DNA from: Bacillota bacterium
Lineage (GTDB): Bacteria; Bacillota; JAAYKD01
Length of the DNA: 64,000 nucleotides
Assembly (NCBI GenBank): GCA_963666425.2
Contig: OY762825.2
Location: 1,248,001-1,312,000 of the forward strand
Direction of reading: 5' to 3'
The notes below the pieces were generated by a model, which was not told the DNA's origin, did no database searches, and worked only from the letters and a program-made list of their open reading frames with translations. This document shows positions 49,076 to 59,215 of the stretch, piece after piece. The number at the start of each line of letters is the position of its first letter. Positions within the stretch are counted from its first letter, which is position 1. The position numbers and the translations under genes are program-made.

Positions 49076-49729
49076 TTATTCTTGCTTTTGTAAGCTCTTC
49101 CAATCATCTAAAAACCGTTTTAAGCCCGCATCGGTCAGGGGATGCTTCATCATCAGCTGCAAGGTCTTCCAGGGTACTGTGGCAATATCGGCGCCTGCCT
49201 TTGCCGCCTCAATCACATGCATCGGATGCCGGATGCTGGCGGCGATAATTTTCGTCTCGATGCCGTGCAGCGCGAAAATTTCCGCTATATCGCGCACCAG
49301 CTGGATGCCATCCTGGCCAAGATCATCCAATCTGCCCACAAAAGGGCTGACATAAGTGGCGCCGGCTCTGGCAGCCAACAATGCCTGCGATGCGCTGAAA
49401 ATCAAGGTCAGATTAGTCGGTACCTTCATCGCATGCAATATTTTAGTGGCTTTCAGCCCGTCTTCCGTCATGGGAATTTTGACCACGACATTCTGATGCA
49501 CCGCGGCTAGCTCTTTGGCTTCTGCGACCATGCCCTGCCAATCGGTCGCAATCACTTCGGCACTGACCGGTCCCTCCACCATATCACAAATGGTATGGAC
49601 GGCAGCGTGAAAATCTTGATGCCCTGCTTTGGCTACCAGGGTTGGATTCGTCGTGACACCGCAAATAATACCGCAGGCTGCTGCTTGTTCAATTTCATGA
49701 AAATCAGCCGTGTCAATAAAAAACTTCAT
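49076..49729 (-). CDS. tal: transaldolase / fructose-6-phosphate aldolase family
   Basis: [37 protein letters not shown]. Confidence 0.92.
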   Translation of the reverse strand: MKFFIDTADFHEIEQAAACGIICGVTTNPTLVAKAGHQDFHAAVHTICDMVEGPVSAEVIATDWQGMVAEAKELAAVHQNVVVKIPMTEDGLKATKILHAMKVPTNLTLIFSASQALLAARAGATYVSPFVGRLDDLGQDGIQLVRDIAEIFALHGIETKIIAASIRHPMHVIEAAKAGADIATVPWKTLQLMMKHPLTDAGLKRFLDDWKSLQKQE

Positions 49730-50008
49730 TGCCCTGCCCCCTCATCCTACAAAGTAGGATCTATCATCCCTAAAAAGCTGTATCTTATTTTTGATTCGCT
49801 TCAATCAAGGGTTTCTCCTCCTAGAAATACGCTAATACTCGGATGCGACAGACAATAGAGGCCGAAAAGCCTGTGCAAGAAAGGAAAAAGAAACACGAAT
49901 TGGATTGTTGCAGCCTGCATTCTTCCAAAAGTGCTTCTTTTATATTCAACTAGGGTTGAGCGATGGAGCGCAGCAATTCAAGAAAAAGCACAGCCAAGGC
50001 CGCTCCTG

Positions 50009-51694
50009 CTAAGCCAGATTCAGCTGGACTTGCAGTTTCCCTGCTTTTTGACTTTGGATCACAATGGTGACCAGATCACCGGCTGAACCCTGCACCAGCC
50101 AACTGACTCCTTTTTGGCTGACTTCATCGCGTCCGCTGCGGAAACCGCCGTTTTCAAATTTACCGCTGCGGCCGGCGCGGCCGGCCAGATGACCGATTTT
50201 GCGTTTGGCCAGTGTGCCGTCGACGATCTTCGCACCGCTGAGTTCGACAGTGACTTCCTTCGCCGCGTGCAAATTAATCGCTTCCTGGGTCAGATAAGTC
50301 GGTAGATAACCGATGTTGCCAACCAGCAAACTGACTTTCCAGGAATTTTGATCGATTTTCTCCGCTTTCACTTCTTCCGCAAGCAAACGCGGCAAAGTAC
50401 GGGCATGACGCAGCATGAAACGGCTGACTTTGGCGCATTCTTCCGGCAGAAATTGGGACGGGCAGTTCTGCACGACTGTTTTCGTATGGAAGCCGCCGAT
50501 TTCCACTTCGCCTAACTGCGGATGCTGGAATTTAGTCCAATTGACGAAACCTTTGCCAGCCAGCACTTCATCATTCCAGGCCAGGATCTTCGCAAAATCT
50601 TCACCTAACACTTTATCGGTCTTATCACGGCGGGGCCAGATGTCTTTCAAGCCGGCACGATTGGCCAAATCCCACAGCTCAATCGTATAGGCGGGAATAC
50701 CGAGATGACCATAGAGCCAGTCATCAAAAGCGCCGCTGGAAAATGTAGAGGGATCGGAAAAGAATTCATCGTAAATATTAATACAGGGGTAACCGGTTTC
50801 CGCAGTCGCCATTTCGCCGATGGCTTTAAAGAGAGAGACATCCAATTTTGGCGCCTGCTTTTCCGGTTTGATGCCCGGTGGCCGCAGAATCACACCACCG
50901 GTGGTATGTAAGGTGGAGGCGCTGCCGATATTAGGGTGTGCTAAAACAAAATCAGCGACATGATGCGTTTCCGGTTCTGATAGCGGGTATGTCCCGGCGC
51001 CGGCTTGTTTTGCTTCCACGCCCCATTGGCAAGGATAATTGCGGTTCAGGTCCATGCCCCATTTGGTCGGAGCCGCTTCAATTTCACCGCCGTTGTATTG
51101 CTGTAAGATACCTTCGCTGAAGATCCGGTAAAAAACGCCATCTTCCTCATCTGGCAGCCGCTTTAACATCAGTCGGTCGTCGGTCTCGGAGGCTTTCCAT
51201 TCGCCGATTTTACTCTTGACCCGCATCAGCAGAATTTCTCCGTTGCCGTCGATATCCTGAGCCAGCAAACCGGGCAGAAGCTCCGGTTCCGGGTACATTC
51301 TGGGTACGGAACGCAGGGTATCCGGTGTGGTTAAATAGACTTCCGAACCATCCGGAGAGACACGCGGCAGGATATAGAACGTATAACGCTGCAGCAGACT
51401 TTGCACGGCAGGGTTCGTTGCAGCTTCGCTGAGCAAGTAGTCGATGGTATAAAGCGCTACCATCGCACCGGTGACTTCGCCGGCATGATGATTGCCGTCA
51501 ATATAATAAGCCGGTTTATCGGCCGCCGCACCCGTCGCGGAATCTGTGATCTCCATCAGCCACTGCTGACGGCCCTCCGGTGATTGTCCAATGGAAAGTA
51601 AATTCGCCAGTTTCGGATAACCGGTCTGCAATTGCTGCAGCGCAGCCGTCAATTCATCGTAAGCATAATAGTGATCATACTGAAATTTCAACAT
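50009..51694 (-). CDS. M14 family zinc carboxypeptidase, copy 2
   Basis: HAGE, DLNRNYP, HTTGG, IELW; no signal peptide; AAGGAGG RBS. Confidence 0.9.
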   Translation of the reverse strand: MLKFQYDHYYAYDELTAALQQLQTGYPKLANLLSIGQSPEGRQQWLMEITDSATGAAADKPAYYIDGNHHAGEVTGAMVALYTIDYLLSEAATNPAVQSLLQRYTFYILPRVSPDGSEVYLTTPDTLRSVPRMYPEPELLPGLLAQDIDGNGEILLMRVKSKIGEWKASETDDRLMLKRLPDEEDGVFYRIFSEGILQQYNGGEIEAAPTKWGMDLNRNYPCQWGVEAKQAGAGTYPLSEPETHHVADFVLAHPNIGSASTLHTTGGVILRPPGIKPEKQAPKLDVSLFKAIGEMATAETGYPCINIYDEFFSDPSTFSSGAFDDWLYGHLGIPAYTIELWDLANRAGLKDIWPRRDKTDKVLGEDFAKILAWNDEVLAGKGFVNWTKFQHPQLGEVEIGGFHTKTVVQNCPSQFLPEECAKVSRFMLRHARTLPRLLAEEVKAEKIDQNSWKVSLLVGNIGYLPTYLTQEAINLHAAKEVTVELSGAKIVDGTLAKRKIGHLAGRAGRSGKFENGGFRSGRDEVSQKGVSWLVQGSAGDLVTIVIQSQKAGKLQVQLNLA

Positions 51695-51798
51695 GCCATT
51701 TCCTCCTTTAGTCGAGATTAATAATTATACTTCGACGTGTATATTTATCCTTCCTGCCTGCGCAAAAATTATTTCCGCAGCCGGTGTAGCCGTCCTCT

Positions 51799-53505
51799 TT
51801 AATCTGTCTCCTGCTTTTCAGCCAACAGCACCGGCAGCACGAGCTTGCCTGCGGCCGCACTTTGCAGGGTAATCACAACCGTCTCACCCAGGTTTGCCCG
51901 CAGCAGCCAGCTCACCTGTTTTTGGCTGGCAGCATCCGGTCCGCTGCGGTAACCACCTTGAAGAAAGCGGCCTGTCCGACCGGCTCTACCGGCTAAATGA
52001 CCAATCTTTTTCTGTACGAGTCCTTCGATGAACACAGCGCCGCTGAGTGTTGCCGTGACTTCCTGGGCGGTTTTTAACTTGATCGCTTCTTCGGTCAGGT
52101 TGGTTGGCAGATAGCCGTCGTTGCCCACCAGTAAACTGACCCGCCAGAGTTTGGCACCGATTTGCTCGGTCCGGATCGCTTCCGCCGTAAGATGCGGCAG
52201 CGTGTTGGCGTTACGCAGCATAAACCGGCAGACTTTTTCGCATTCCGCCGCTAAAAAGCGCACTGGACAATTCTGCAGCACAATTTTCGGTTTGAAACCG
52301 CCAATTTCCACTTCTCCCAACTGCGGATGCTGGAATTTTGACCAATTGACAAAGCCGGTTCCCTGCAACTCCCGATCATTCCACTGCAGTATTTTCAGAT
52401 TGTCTTCCGCCAGTTCTTCTTCGTTCTTTTCTTTATGCGGATAGATATTTTTTACCCCGGCTCGCTTGGCCAGATCCCATAATTCAATGGTGTGGGCGGG
52501 AATGCCTTGATTGCAATAGAGCCAGTCATCAAAAGCACCGCTTAACACGAGGGCTGGATCCGAGAAAAATTCACTGTAAACATTGATGTTGGCATAACCT
52601 GTTTCCGCCGCCGCCATCTCCCCGATGGCCTGGAAAATTTCAATGTCCAGCTTCGGTGCCTGTTTCTCCGGTTTGATCCCCGGCAGTCTTAAGAATGCAC
52701 CACCGGTGGTATGCAGCGTGGAAACATAACCGATGTTTTTATGCTGCAGAATGAAATCCGCCACCGCCCGCGCTTCCGGCGCAGCCAGCGGATAAGGACC
52801 GGCACCCGCCTGCTTTGCCTCCACGTCCCAGTTGCAGGGGAAGCTCCGATTCAAATCCAAACCCCATTTGGCAGGTGCAATCTGCGGCTCTGCCTCGCAT
52901 TCATCCGGCCGCTGCAGCAAACCTTCCGGATAGACACGGTAGAACTCCCCGTCTTCTTCATCCGGCAAGCGCCGTTCCATCAGACGGCTGTCTTTGCCGC
53001 TAATTTTCCAATCTCCGTAGCGGCTCTTTTGGCGCATCAAAAGAATCTCACCGTCGCCGTTGATGTCTGCCGGAGCCAAACCCGGCAGCTGTTCCGCTTC
53101 GGGATAAAGACGCGGCACTGAACGTAAACTGGCCGGTGTCGTCAGATAAACTTCCGCTCCGTCGGGAGATACTCTGGGGAGAATGTAAAAAACTGTCTGA
53201 CGCAGCAGCCGCTGAACATGCGCGCTGACAGCAAATTCGCTGAGTAAATAATCGATGGTATAAAGTGCCGCCATCGAACCGGTCACTTCGCCGGCATGGA
53301 AATTGCCGTCGATATAGTAAGCGGGTTTCTGCTCCGCTTCCCCGACCGCATAGTCGGTGACTGTCATCAGCCACAGCTGCCGCCCCTGCGGCGTTGCTGC
53401 GATGGAGCTTAATTTTGCAAGTCCCGGATACTTCTTCGCTAATTTTTCTAATTTCTCTGTCAGGGCATCATAGGTGTCATACTGTTCATAGAGAAAATTC
53501 AGCAA
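51799..53505 (-). CDS. M14 family zinc carboxypeptidase, copy 1
   Basis: Same motifs (HAGE, DLNRSFP, HTTGG, IELW). Start at TTG 53505 after AAGGAGG, collinear with the paralogue. Confidence 0.88.
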   Translation of the reverse strand: MLNFLYEQYDTYDALTEKLEKLAKKYPGLAKLSSIAATPQGRQLWLMTVTDYAVGEAEQKPAYYIDGNFHAGEVTGSMAALYTIDYLLSEFAVSAHVQRLLRQTVFYILPRVSPDGAEVYLTTPASLRSVPRLYPEAEQLPGLAPADINGDGEILLMRQKSRYGDWKISGKDSRLMERRLPDEEDGEFYRVYPEGLLQRPDECEAEPQIAPAKWGLDLNRSFPCNWDVEAKQAGAGPYPLAAPEARAVADFILQHKNIGYVSTLHTTGGAFLRLPGIKPEKQAPKLDIEIFQAIGEMAAAETGYANINVYSEFFSDPALVLSGAFDDWLYCNQGIPAHTIELWDLAKRAGVKNIYPHKEKNEEELAEDNLKILQWNDRELQGTGFVNWSKFQHPQLGEVEIGGFKPKIVLQNCPVRFLAAECEKVCRFMLRNANTLPHLTAEAIRTEQIGAKLWRVSLLVGNDGYLPTNLTEEAIKLKTAQEVTATLSGAVFIEGLVQKKIGHLAGRAGRTGRFLQGGYRSGPDAASQKQVSWLLRANLGETVVITLQSAAAGKLVLPVLLAEKQETD

Positions 53506-53676
53506 AATCTCTTCCTCCTTATCGATTGGCTCTGTCTTTCCCAATATCGGAGTATTCCTCAAAAAGACCTTCGCTTCCTGCCTAGTTGCGCGGATACCAG
53601 AAATATGATTGCATTTTGTATCTCTTTTTGTTATATTGAAGGCAGCAGAAATCCAAGGAGAACGAGGTGTTGTATT

Positions 53677-55335
53677 TTGAATCTTCGTCAGGAAACAGAA
53701 GCGCTGGTGCGTGACCTGGTCGGCTGCGCCAGCATTGTGGGCACAGCCGGTGAAGCGGATCTGGCCCGGCAGGTGTTTGGCTATTTTGCGAATCTTGCTT
53801 ATTTCAAAGCGCATCCGCAGCAATTGATCCTGCAGCCAACCACAGGGGATGATCATTTGCGTTTTAATGTCATCGCTTTGGTAAAAGGAGAAGCCGTCCG
53901 GCAGAGCGATACTTTGCTGCTGCTGGGTCATCTGGATACGGTTGGTGTTGAGGATTATCATAAACTAGCCGATCTGGCTTTTCAGCCGGATGAATTGAAA
54001 GAGCAAATTGAGACGGCCAATCTGCCGGATGCGGTCACGGCAGAAATTCGTGCTGACAATTGGCTGCTGGGCCGCGGTATTTTAGATATGAAGAGCGGTC
54101 TGGCTGCCCAAATGCTGTCGGTCAAGCAAGCGGCGGAAAACGCAGCAGCTTTTCCCGGTAATCTGCTCTTTCTGGCCGAATGCGATGAGGAAGATAATTC
54201 TCACGGTGTGCTTTCCGCCTTGCCGCTCTTGGAAGAGCTCTGTCGTGAGTATGATCTGACCCTGCAGGGAGCGATCAACGCCGATTACACCGCACCGCGC
54301 TACCCAAACGATCCTTCGCGCTATCTCTACTACGGTACAGTCGGCAAGCAATTGCCGGCGTTCTATGTGGTCGGCAAAGAAACGCATGTGGGAGATCCCT
54401 TCGGTGGGCTTGATCCCAATTTCCTGGCTGCGCATTTAGTCGAACAGATCAGTTATCAACCCGATTTTTGTGACATCGCACAAAACGAACTGACCACGCC
54501 TCCCGTTACCTTAAAGCAAACCGATTTCAAACCTTTCTATACCGTACAAACGAACATCAGCTCCCTGGTTTATTTCAATCTGGCGGTGCATCATTGGTCA
54601 CCGGAAACCATTTTAAATCGGATGTGCACTGCTGCCGAATCTTCCTTTCAGGCAGCGCTGCAGACACTGCAGTCGCGTTACGACGTCTACTGCAGCCAGA
54701 GCGGGCTGCCGCAGCAGAAATTGCCCTGGCAGCCGCGCGTGCTGACCTACAAAGCAATGGTTGAAAGCGCCGCTCTGCTGCACGGCGAGACCTTTCTCAG
54801 TGCTTTGCGGCGATATGCGGTAGAACTGACGCAAACTCCGAAAGATTTACGGGAATACAATACCGCCATGGTGCAATTTGTCTGGCAATGGCAGCAGGAT
54901 CAACGGCCGGCCATCGTCGTTTTCTTTGGCAGCGTCTATTACCCGAGCATCCAACTGGATCGTGAGCGGCCCAGAGACAACCGCCTGATCCAGGCTGTTG
55001 AAGCGGCGGTTCTAGAAAGCAGTGAACTTTTACAGCCGTATCATTTGGAAAAACGCTTCTTCTATCCCTACATTTCCGATGCCAGCTTCCTCAGCCTGGC
55101 AGACAGTGCGTCAGCGTTGTCCGCCTATACCGACAATTATCCTGCTTATATGGAGAAGCAGCGCACCAATTTTGATCTGATCGGCCGCCTCTCGATGCCG
55201 GTCGTCAACATCGGCGCTTACGGCAAAGACGCGCACCAATACCTGGAACGGATTGACGCCGACTATAGTTTTGGCGTAACGCCGGTTTTGATTCAAAAAA
55301 CGATTCAGTCATTTTTTCAGCAAGCAAAGCAGTAG
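53677..55335 (+). CDS. RocB-like M20 family metallohydrolase
   Basis: GHLDTV, GRG.LDMKSG, DEE..S.G, GTVGK, G.ETHVG, YISD.S, DAH...ER; GAGGTG RBS. Confidence 0.85.
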   Translation: MNLRQETEALVRDLVGCASIVGTAGEADLARQVFGYFANLAYFKAHPQQLILQPTTGDDHLRFNVIALVKGEAVRQSDTLLLLGHLDTVGVEDYHKLADLAFQPDELKEQIETANLPDAVTAEIRADNWLLGRGILDMKSGLAAQMLSVKQAAENAAAFPGNLLFLAECDEEDNSHGVLSALPLLEELCREYDLTLQGAINADYTAPRYPNDPSRYLYYGTVGKQLPAFYVVGKETHVGDPFGGLDPNFLAAHLVEQISYQPDFCDIAQNELTTPPVTLKQTDFKPFYTVQTNISSLVYFNLAVHHWSPETILNRMCTAAESSFQAALQTLQSRYDVYCSQSGLPQQKLPWQPRVLTYKAMVESAALLHGETFLSALRRYAVELTQTPKDLREYNTAMVQFVWQWQQDQRPAIVVFFGSVYYPSIQLDRERPRDNRLIQAVEAAVLESSELLQPYHLEKRFFYPYISDASFLSLADSASALSAYTDNYPAYMEKQRTNFDLIGRLSMPVVNIGAYGKDAHQYLERIDADYSFGVTPVLIQKTIQSFFQQAKQ

Positions 55336-55355
55336 AAACTAAGGAGGATGTCAAG

Positions 55356-55919
55356 ATGAAAGTCATCGCTTTTAACGGTTCTCCCCGCCGTAACGGCAAT
55401 ACGGCACAAAGCATTCAAATTGTTCTGGCTCAATTGGAAAAAGAAGGTATTGAAACCGAATTGATTCAACTGGGCGGACAAGTTCTCTCCGGCTGCACCG
55501 CCTGCGGCGCCTGCCGCAAATCGGATACGCCGCATTGCGCGATTGAAAACGATCCGATGAACAGTTACATTCAAAAATGTCTGGAAGCCGATGGTATCAT
55601 CATCGGTTCGCCTGTTTATTTTGGCAACGTGACACCGGAAGTAAAAGCCTTTATCGACCGGGTCGGTTTCACCACCGGCAGCAGATTACGCAATAAGGTC
55701 GGCGCCTCTGTCGTGTCCGTCCGCCGCGCCGGTTCCAACTTCACCTATGCCGCGATCAACTTCTTCTTTGGTATCAAGCAAATGATCATCCCAACTTCGA
55801 GTTACTGGAATATGACGCTGGCTTCTGCTCCCGGTGACGTGCAAAAAGACGCGGAGGGGATCCGCACCTTCGAACGCCTGGGCGAGAACATGGCCTGGCT
55901 GCTGAAAAAAATTCAATAG
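55356..55919 (+). CDS. iron-sulfur flavoprotein (Isf)/flavodoxin-family protein
   Basis: NGSPRRNGNT, C-X2-C-X2-C-X7-C, GSPVYFG, RRAG. Confidence 0.9.
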   Translation: MKVIAFNGSPRRNGNTAQSIQIVLAQLEKEGIETELIQLGGQVLSGCTACGACRKSDTPHCAIENDPMNSYIQKCLEADGIIIGSPVYFGNVTPEVKAFIDRVGFTTGSRLRNKVGASVVSVRRAGSNFTYAAINFFFGIKQMIIPTSSYWNMTLASAPGDVQKDAEGIRTFERLGENMAWLLKKIQ

Positions 55920-55928
55920 GATATAAAT

Positions 55929-55969
55929 AAGGGAGCTGTAGCAAATAAAAATTGCTGCAGCTCCTTTTT
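55929..55969 (+). terminator. intrinsic terminator
   Basis: GGAGCTGTAGCAA / TTGCTGCAGCTCC followed by a T-run. Confidence 0.85.
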
Positions 55970-56231
55970 AATATCCTGATATGTAATTACATGTTAAAGG
56001 CATACCTGGAGTGCTTTATTTCTGGATAATGGCTGACTTAAGAACATCTCTTCTTCGGTTTTCTTAAAATCTTATGCTGCTGTCTTCAATTCTAATTTGA
56101 AAATTCGATCCTTTTTGCTTTGAATTGTTCGGAAAGATAGTTGAGCTTTCGTGTTTTCGTTATTTTTGATAAAAAAAATCATAATGATGGTATTTGCTGC
56201 GATGCTCAATGCTTATCATGGTAAACAGCAG

Positions 56232-56885
56232 CTAAAACTGTAATTGAAACCAACTTTTTTCATAATTGATTAAGCCATCTCGCTTCATCCAGGATAACTC
56301 CCGGGAAAGAGCACTGCGATCGACATCTAAGTATTCCGCCATCGTGTCGCGATTCATCGGAATGACAAAGGAATTTGACCCCGCGGTATCTGCAAACTCC
56401 GAGAGGAAAGTCAAAACCTTGTCACGTATTGAGGGTTGAACCAGGCAATCATTTCTATCGTGCAGGATTAAGGCTTTTTCTGCGATGCCATCCAATAGAT
56501 TACTTAATAATTGCTCGCGGTGTGGGTAATCGCGCCTTGAAAGAATGTTACGCATTGGGATAAATAGTACAACAAGATTTTCCAGAGCCTGGACCGTCAC
56601 AGGGCTTGTGCGAACATGGCTCGCCGCAAGCAGCACCCCAATGTAATTTCCAGGCTGAATTCGTGTTACAATCACTTGCTTGCCTGTGAACCCGATCTTT
56701 ACCGATTGAGCGGTTCCGGATAGTAGAATTCCAATATTCCTGACTAGATCGCCTTCTCGCACGATGTGTTCATCTTTGCGAAATTCCCTTCGTGTTGCAG
56801 AAAGATAAATGAGCATGGTCTCAATCTCGTCCCGCGTAATACCCTGAAACAAAGAGGATTGAATCAACATAATTTCTGACATCAA
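56232..56885 (-). CDS. Crp/Fnr family transcriptional regulator
   Basis: cNMP-binding-like N-domain (LF.GI, EGD, LSG); HTH R..MAEYL.V.RSALSREL. Confidence 0.92.
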   Translation of the reverse strand: MMSEIMLIQSSLFQGITRDEIETMLIYLSATRREFRKDEHIVREGDLVRNIGILLSGTAQSVKIGFTGKQVIVTRIQPGNYIGVLLAASHVRTSPVTVQALENLVVLFIPMRNILSRRDYPHREQLLSNLLDGIAEKALILHDRNDCLVQPSIRDKVLTFLSEFADTAGSNSFVIPMNRDTMAEYLDVDRSALSRELSWMKRDGLINYEKSWFQLQF

Positions 56886-56950
56886 TTTCTCCTTTCTGTG
56901 TCTGACTCTTCACGGTTTATCGAATGTTATGTTAAATTTCTTCGTTCTTT

Positions 56951-56964
56951 GTTGCACATGCAAC
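56951..56964. promoter_or_regulatory. palindromic Crp/Fnr-type operator between the divergent genes
   Basis: GTTGCA-CA-TGCAAC, upstream of a TATACT -10 at 56983-56988. Confidence 0.7.
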
Positions 56965-57032
56965 GGACGTCTGGATTTTGATTATACTATACTTTTCATC
57001 GAAGAACAAATGGAAGGAATGAATAAGGAAAA

Positions 57033-57569
57033 ATGAACACTCATTCACGTGTACTATGGATCACCCAAACCGCTATCTTTATTGCGTTGCTTGTTATTTT
57101 ACAAGTCAGTAGCGCACCACTGAAAAACATCTTCCTTACAGGCTCTGCTGTCAATCTGTTGCTCGTCGTTTCTGTGATGAACTGTGGTTTCTCATCCGGC
57201 ATCGTTGTTTCTCTGCTTTCACCGGTATTGGCGAAGCTTATGGGGATCGGTCCGCTATGGAGTCTGATTCCGTTTATTGTTCTTGGAAATTTCACTCTCA
57301 TTATGGTTTGGTATTTCATTACCAGAATCAGAAAAGCCAAACGAGTAGTTACTTACATGATGGCAACAGCAGTAGCAGCGATTGCGAAGTTTCTAGTACT
57401 CTATCTTGGCATCGTCAAACTGGCTATACCCTATCTACTGGAATTACCAAAAAAACAGGTGACGATGATATCAGGTATGTTTTCGTTTCCGCAACTTTTA
57501 ACCGCTCTGATCGGCGGGCTGGCAGCCACCATGATACTGCCGATCCTGCAGCGAAGTATTAGGAGGTAA
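57033..57569 (+). CDS. ECF transporter S component
   Basis: 178 aa, 5-6 TMs; TA.FIAL, TGSAVN, GN, PQL.TALIGG. Confidence 0.8.
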   Translation: MNTHSRVLWITQTAIFIALLVILQVSSAPLKNIFLTGSAVNLLLVVSVMNCGFSSGIVVSLLSPVLAKLMGIGPLWSLIPFIVLGNFTLIMVWYFITRIRKAKRVVTYMMATAVAAIAKFLVLYLGIVKLAIPYLLELPKKQVTMISGMFSFPQLLTALIGGLAATMILPILQRSIRR

Positions 57570-57869
57570 GAATGGAATCCGTATTTACCGGTATCCCATA
57601 GAGAATTTCAATGATATTACTTGGATTGTTCTATAATAAGGTAAAGTAAAAAGCATCCTTTTCCCACGAATGGTCATGCAGATGCTTTTGAATGTTTTCC
57701 TATATTTTATTATTCTTTTGCTTGCTGGACTATTTCTTACCAAGTTGAATCCAGGATTTTCACTCTTTCGCATTTGGGCTCAACAGGCGCAGAAAAAGGA
57801 GTCAGGCAACTGCCTTGTTTCAACTCTTCTTCCATTTTATTCCCGATCACCCTAATGAATTGGTTAAAA

Positions 57870-58649
57870 TTAGAAGAGCACATTCAGCAGGCGCGAACGG
57901 CTGTAAAAGCCGGCGCTTTCAATGGTACGCTTACTGAGCTGATTATAGTACCAACAGCCGACGATCGGTCGATTTCCTTCGGCAATGACGAGCTGCGTCA
58001 GATGCTGCAAGAGACTGCGGCCTACCCCTTTTTGGCGATGCTGCTCTAAGACCAGGTTGCCGATGTCGTAGCCATCCTGCAGCAGCTGCAAACGCTCAAT
58101 ATGACCGTAACCCAACGTCTCACCCTCAAAAACCAACCGGTAGAGACGGTGGCTGCCGTCCAGCAGCAGGTTTGGCTGCAGCTCATAAAAACGTTTGGCT
58201 TCCGGTTCCTGATCCAATTCCGTCGCTGTTACCTGCTGTAAACAGGCTTTGGCAAAGGCAGGCTTCGCCGCCAACCGCTGCAAATCCGGTTCAAAGAAAT
58301 AGGCCTGCAGCTGGATCTGCTGATGAAAATCGAGCGCCATGGCCAGCAGCAGAGGATCTGCTGTCGCCACATAAGCGCTGCGGACCGAAAAATCCGCTAA
58401 GATTTGTTGAAAAATCGTCTGCGCCAGATGAAGATAACCTGGTTTTAAGTAAAACCAGGTCAAACGTTCTCCGTCCTGCAGCGCAAAACCGCCAATCAGA
58501 GCCTCGTCGGCTGCCGGCTTGATACTATAATGCTCGGCATGTAATAGGTTAGCTTCCCAAAAGCCATCCGTCGCGCCGGTCAAAGTCTGCAGATACGCAT
58601 CAAAAAGCGGCTGCAGGCTGACAAAACTGCTTGGTTCGAAGCGAAACAT
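57870..58649 (-). CDS. GNAT family N-acetyltransferase (two-domain)
   Basis: DIG..V...HRQKGVG, GCWYYN..S..T.E.AGF; AAGGAG RBS. Confidence 0.85.
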   Translation of the reverse strand: MFRFEPSSFVSLQPLFDAYLQTLTGATDGFWEANLLHAEHYSIKPAADEALIGGFALQDGERLTWFYLKPGYLHLAQTIFQQILADFSVRSAYVATADPLLLAMALDFHQQIQLQAYFFEPDLQRLAAKPAFAKACLQQVTATELDQEPEAKRFYELQPNLLLDGSHRLYRLVFEGETLGYGHIERLQLLQDGYDIGNLVLEQHRQKGVGRSLLQHLTQLVIAEGNRPIVGCWYYNQLSKRTIESAGFYSRSRLLNVLF

Positions 58650-58666
58650 GGGTGTCTCCTTTTGCA

Positions 58667-59188
58667 TCAATTGGTTGTGATGGTATAAACGCCTTTCACC
58701 ATCACATAGGAATAAAAACGTATATTCAGTCCGCGGCCATCCGTGCGGGGAATCAGCAAGTGATGGTTGCATAAAACGGTGTCACCGGTCTTTAAGTCGC
58801 TGCCGGCGGTGAGATCGGCTACCCCTGCATTCTCCGTATTGCCAATGGCCAATGCCTCGCCGGCACGGAGAATCATTTCCGTACCTTCCGAACCAATCAG
58901 GCGAGACCCTGGCGACAGCTCTAAGATTTCCCATTTTGCTGCCGGAAGTGGATCCGTGGCAGAATCGCCGGGTAAGGCAGCCAGCGCCGTCTTAATCTGC
59001 TCGCTGACCATGACCTGAATTTCATCTTTGAACGTCACGAGTCTGGATTGCAGATAACTGAGTGTGATCAAAGGATCGCTGCCGCTGCCGGTCTCCCCCA
59101 CACTGGCCTGACTGGTCCGCAGCGGCTGCAGGCATAAAAGCAATCCAAAGAACAGGATGATCAGAGAGGGCCATCTTTTTCTACTCAT
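58667..59188 (-). CDS. conserved hypothetical exported protein
   Basis: Signal peptide; GS.SDPLIT.SY, GTE.ILR.G, DLT.G, NH.L.IPR.DGRG. Confidence 0.75.
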   Translation of the reverse strand: MSRKRWPSLIILFFGLLLCLQPLRTSQASVGETGSGSDPLITLSYLQSRLVTFKDEIQVMVSEQIKTALAALPGDSATDPLPAAKWEILELSPGSRLIGSEGTEMILRAGEALAIGNTENAGVADLTAGSDLKTGDTVLCNHHLLIPRTDGRGLNIRFYSYVMVKGVYTITTN

Positions 59189-59215
59189 CGTCTTTTCCTC
59201 CCGAAACCCGGTTTT

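Noticed and set aside
53506-53961. 152-aa N-terminal extension of the M14 ORF 51799..53961
   Set aside because: It overlaps the opposite-strand RocB-like gene. Paralogue alignment and the AAGGAGG RBS place the start at 53505.
57585-57860. Small hydrophobic ORF 57670..57855 and its antisense ORF
   Set aside because: No RBS, AT-rich intergenic composition and no recognisable motif.
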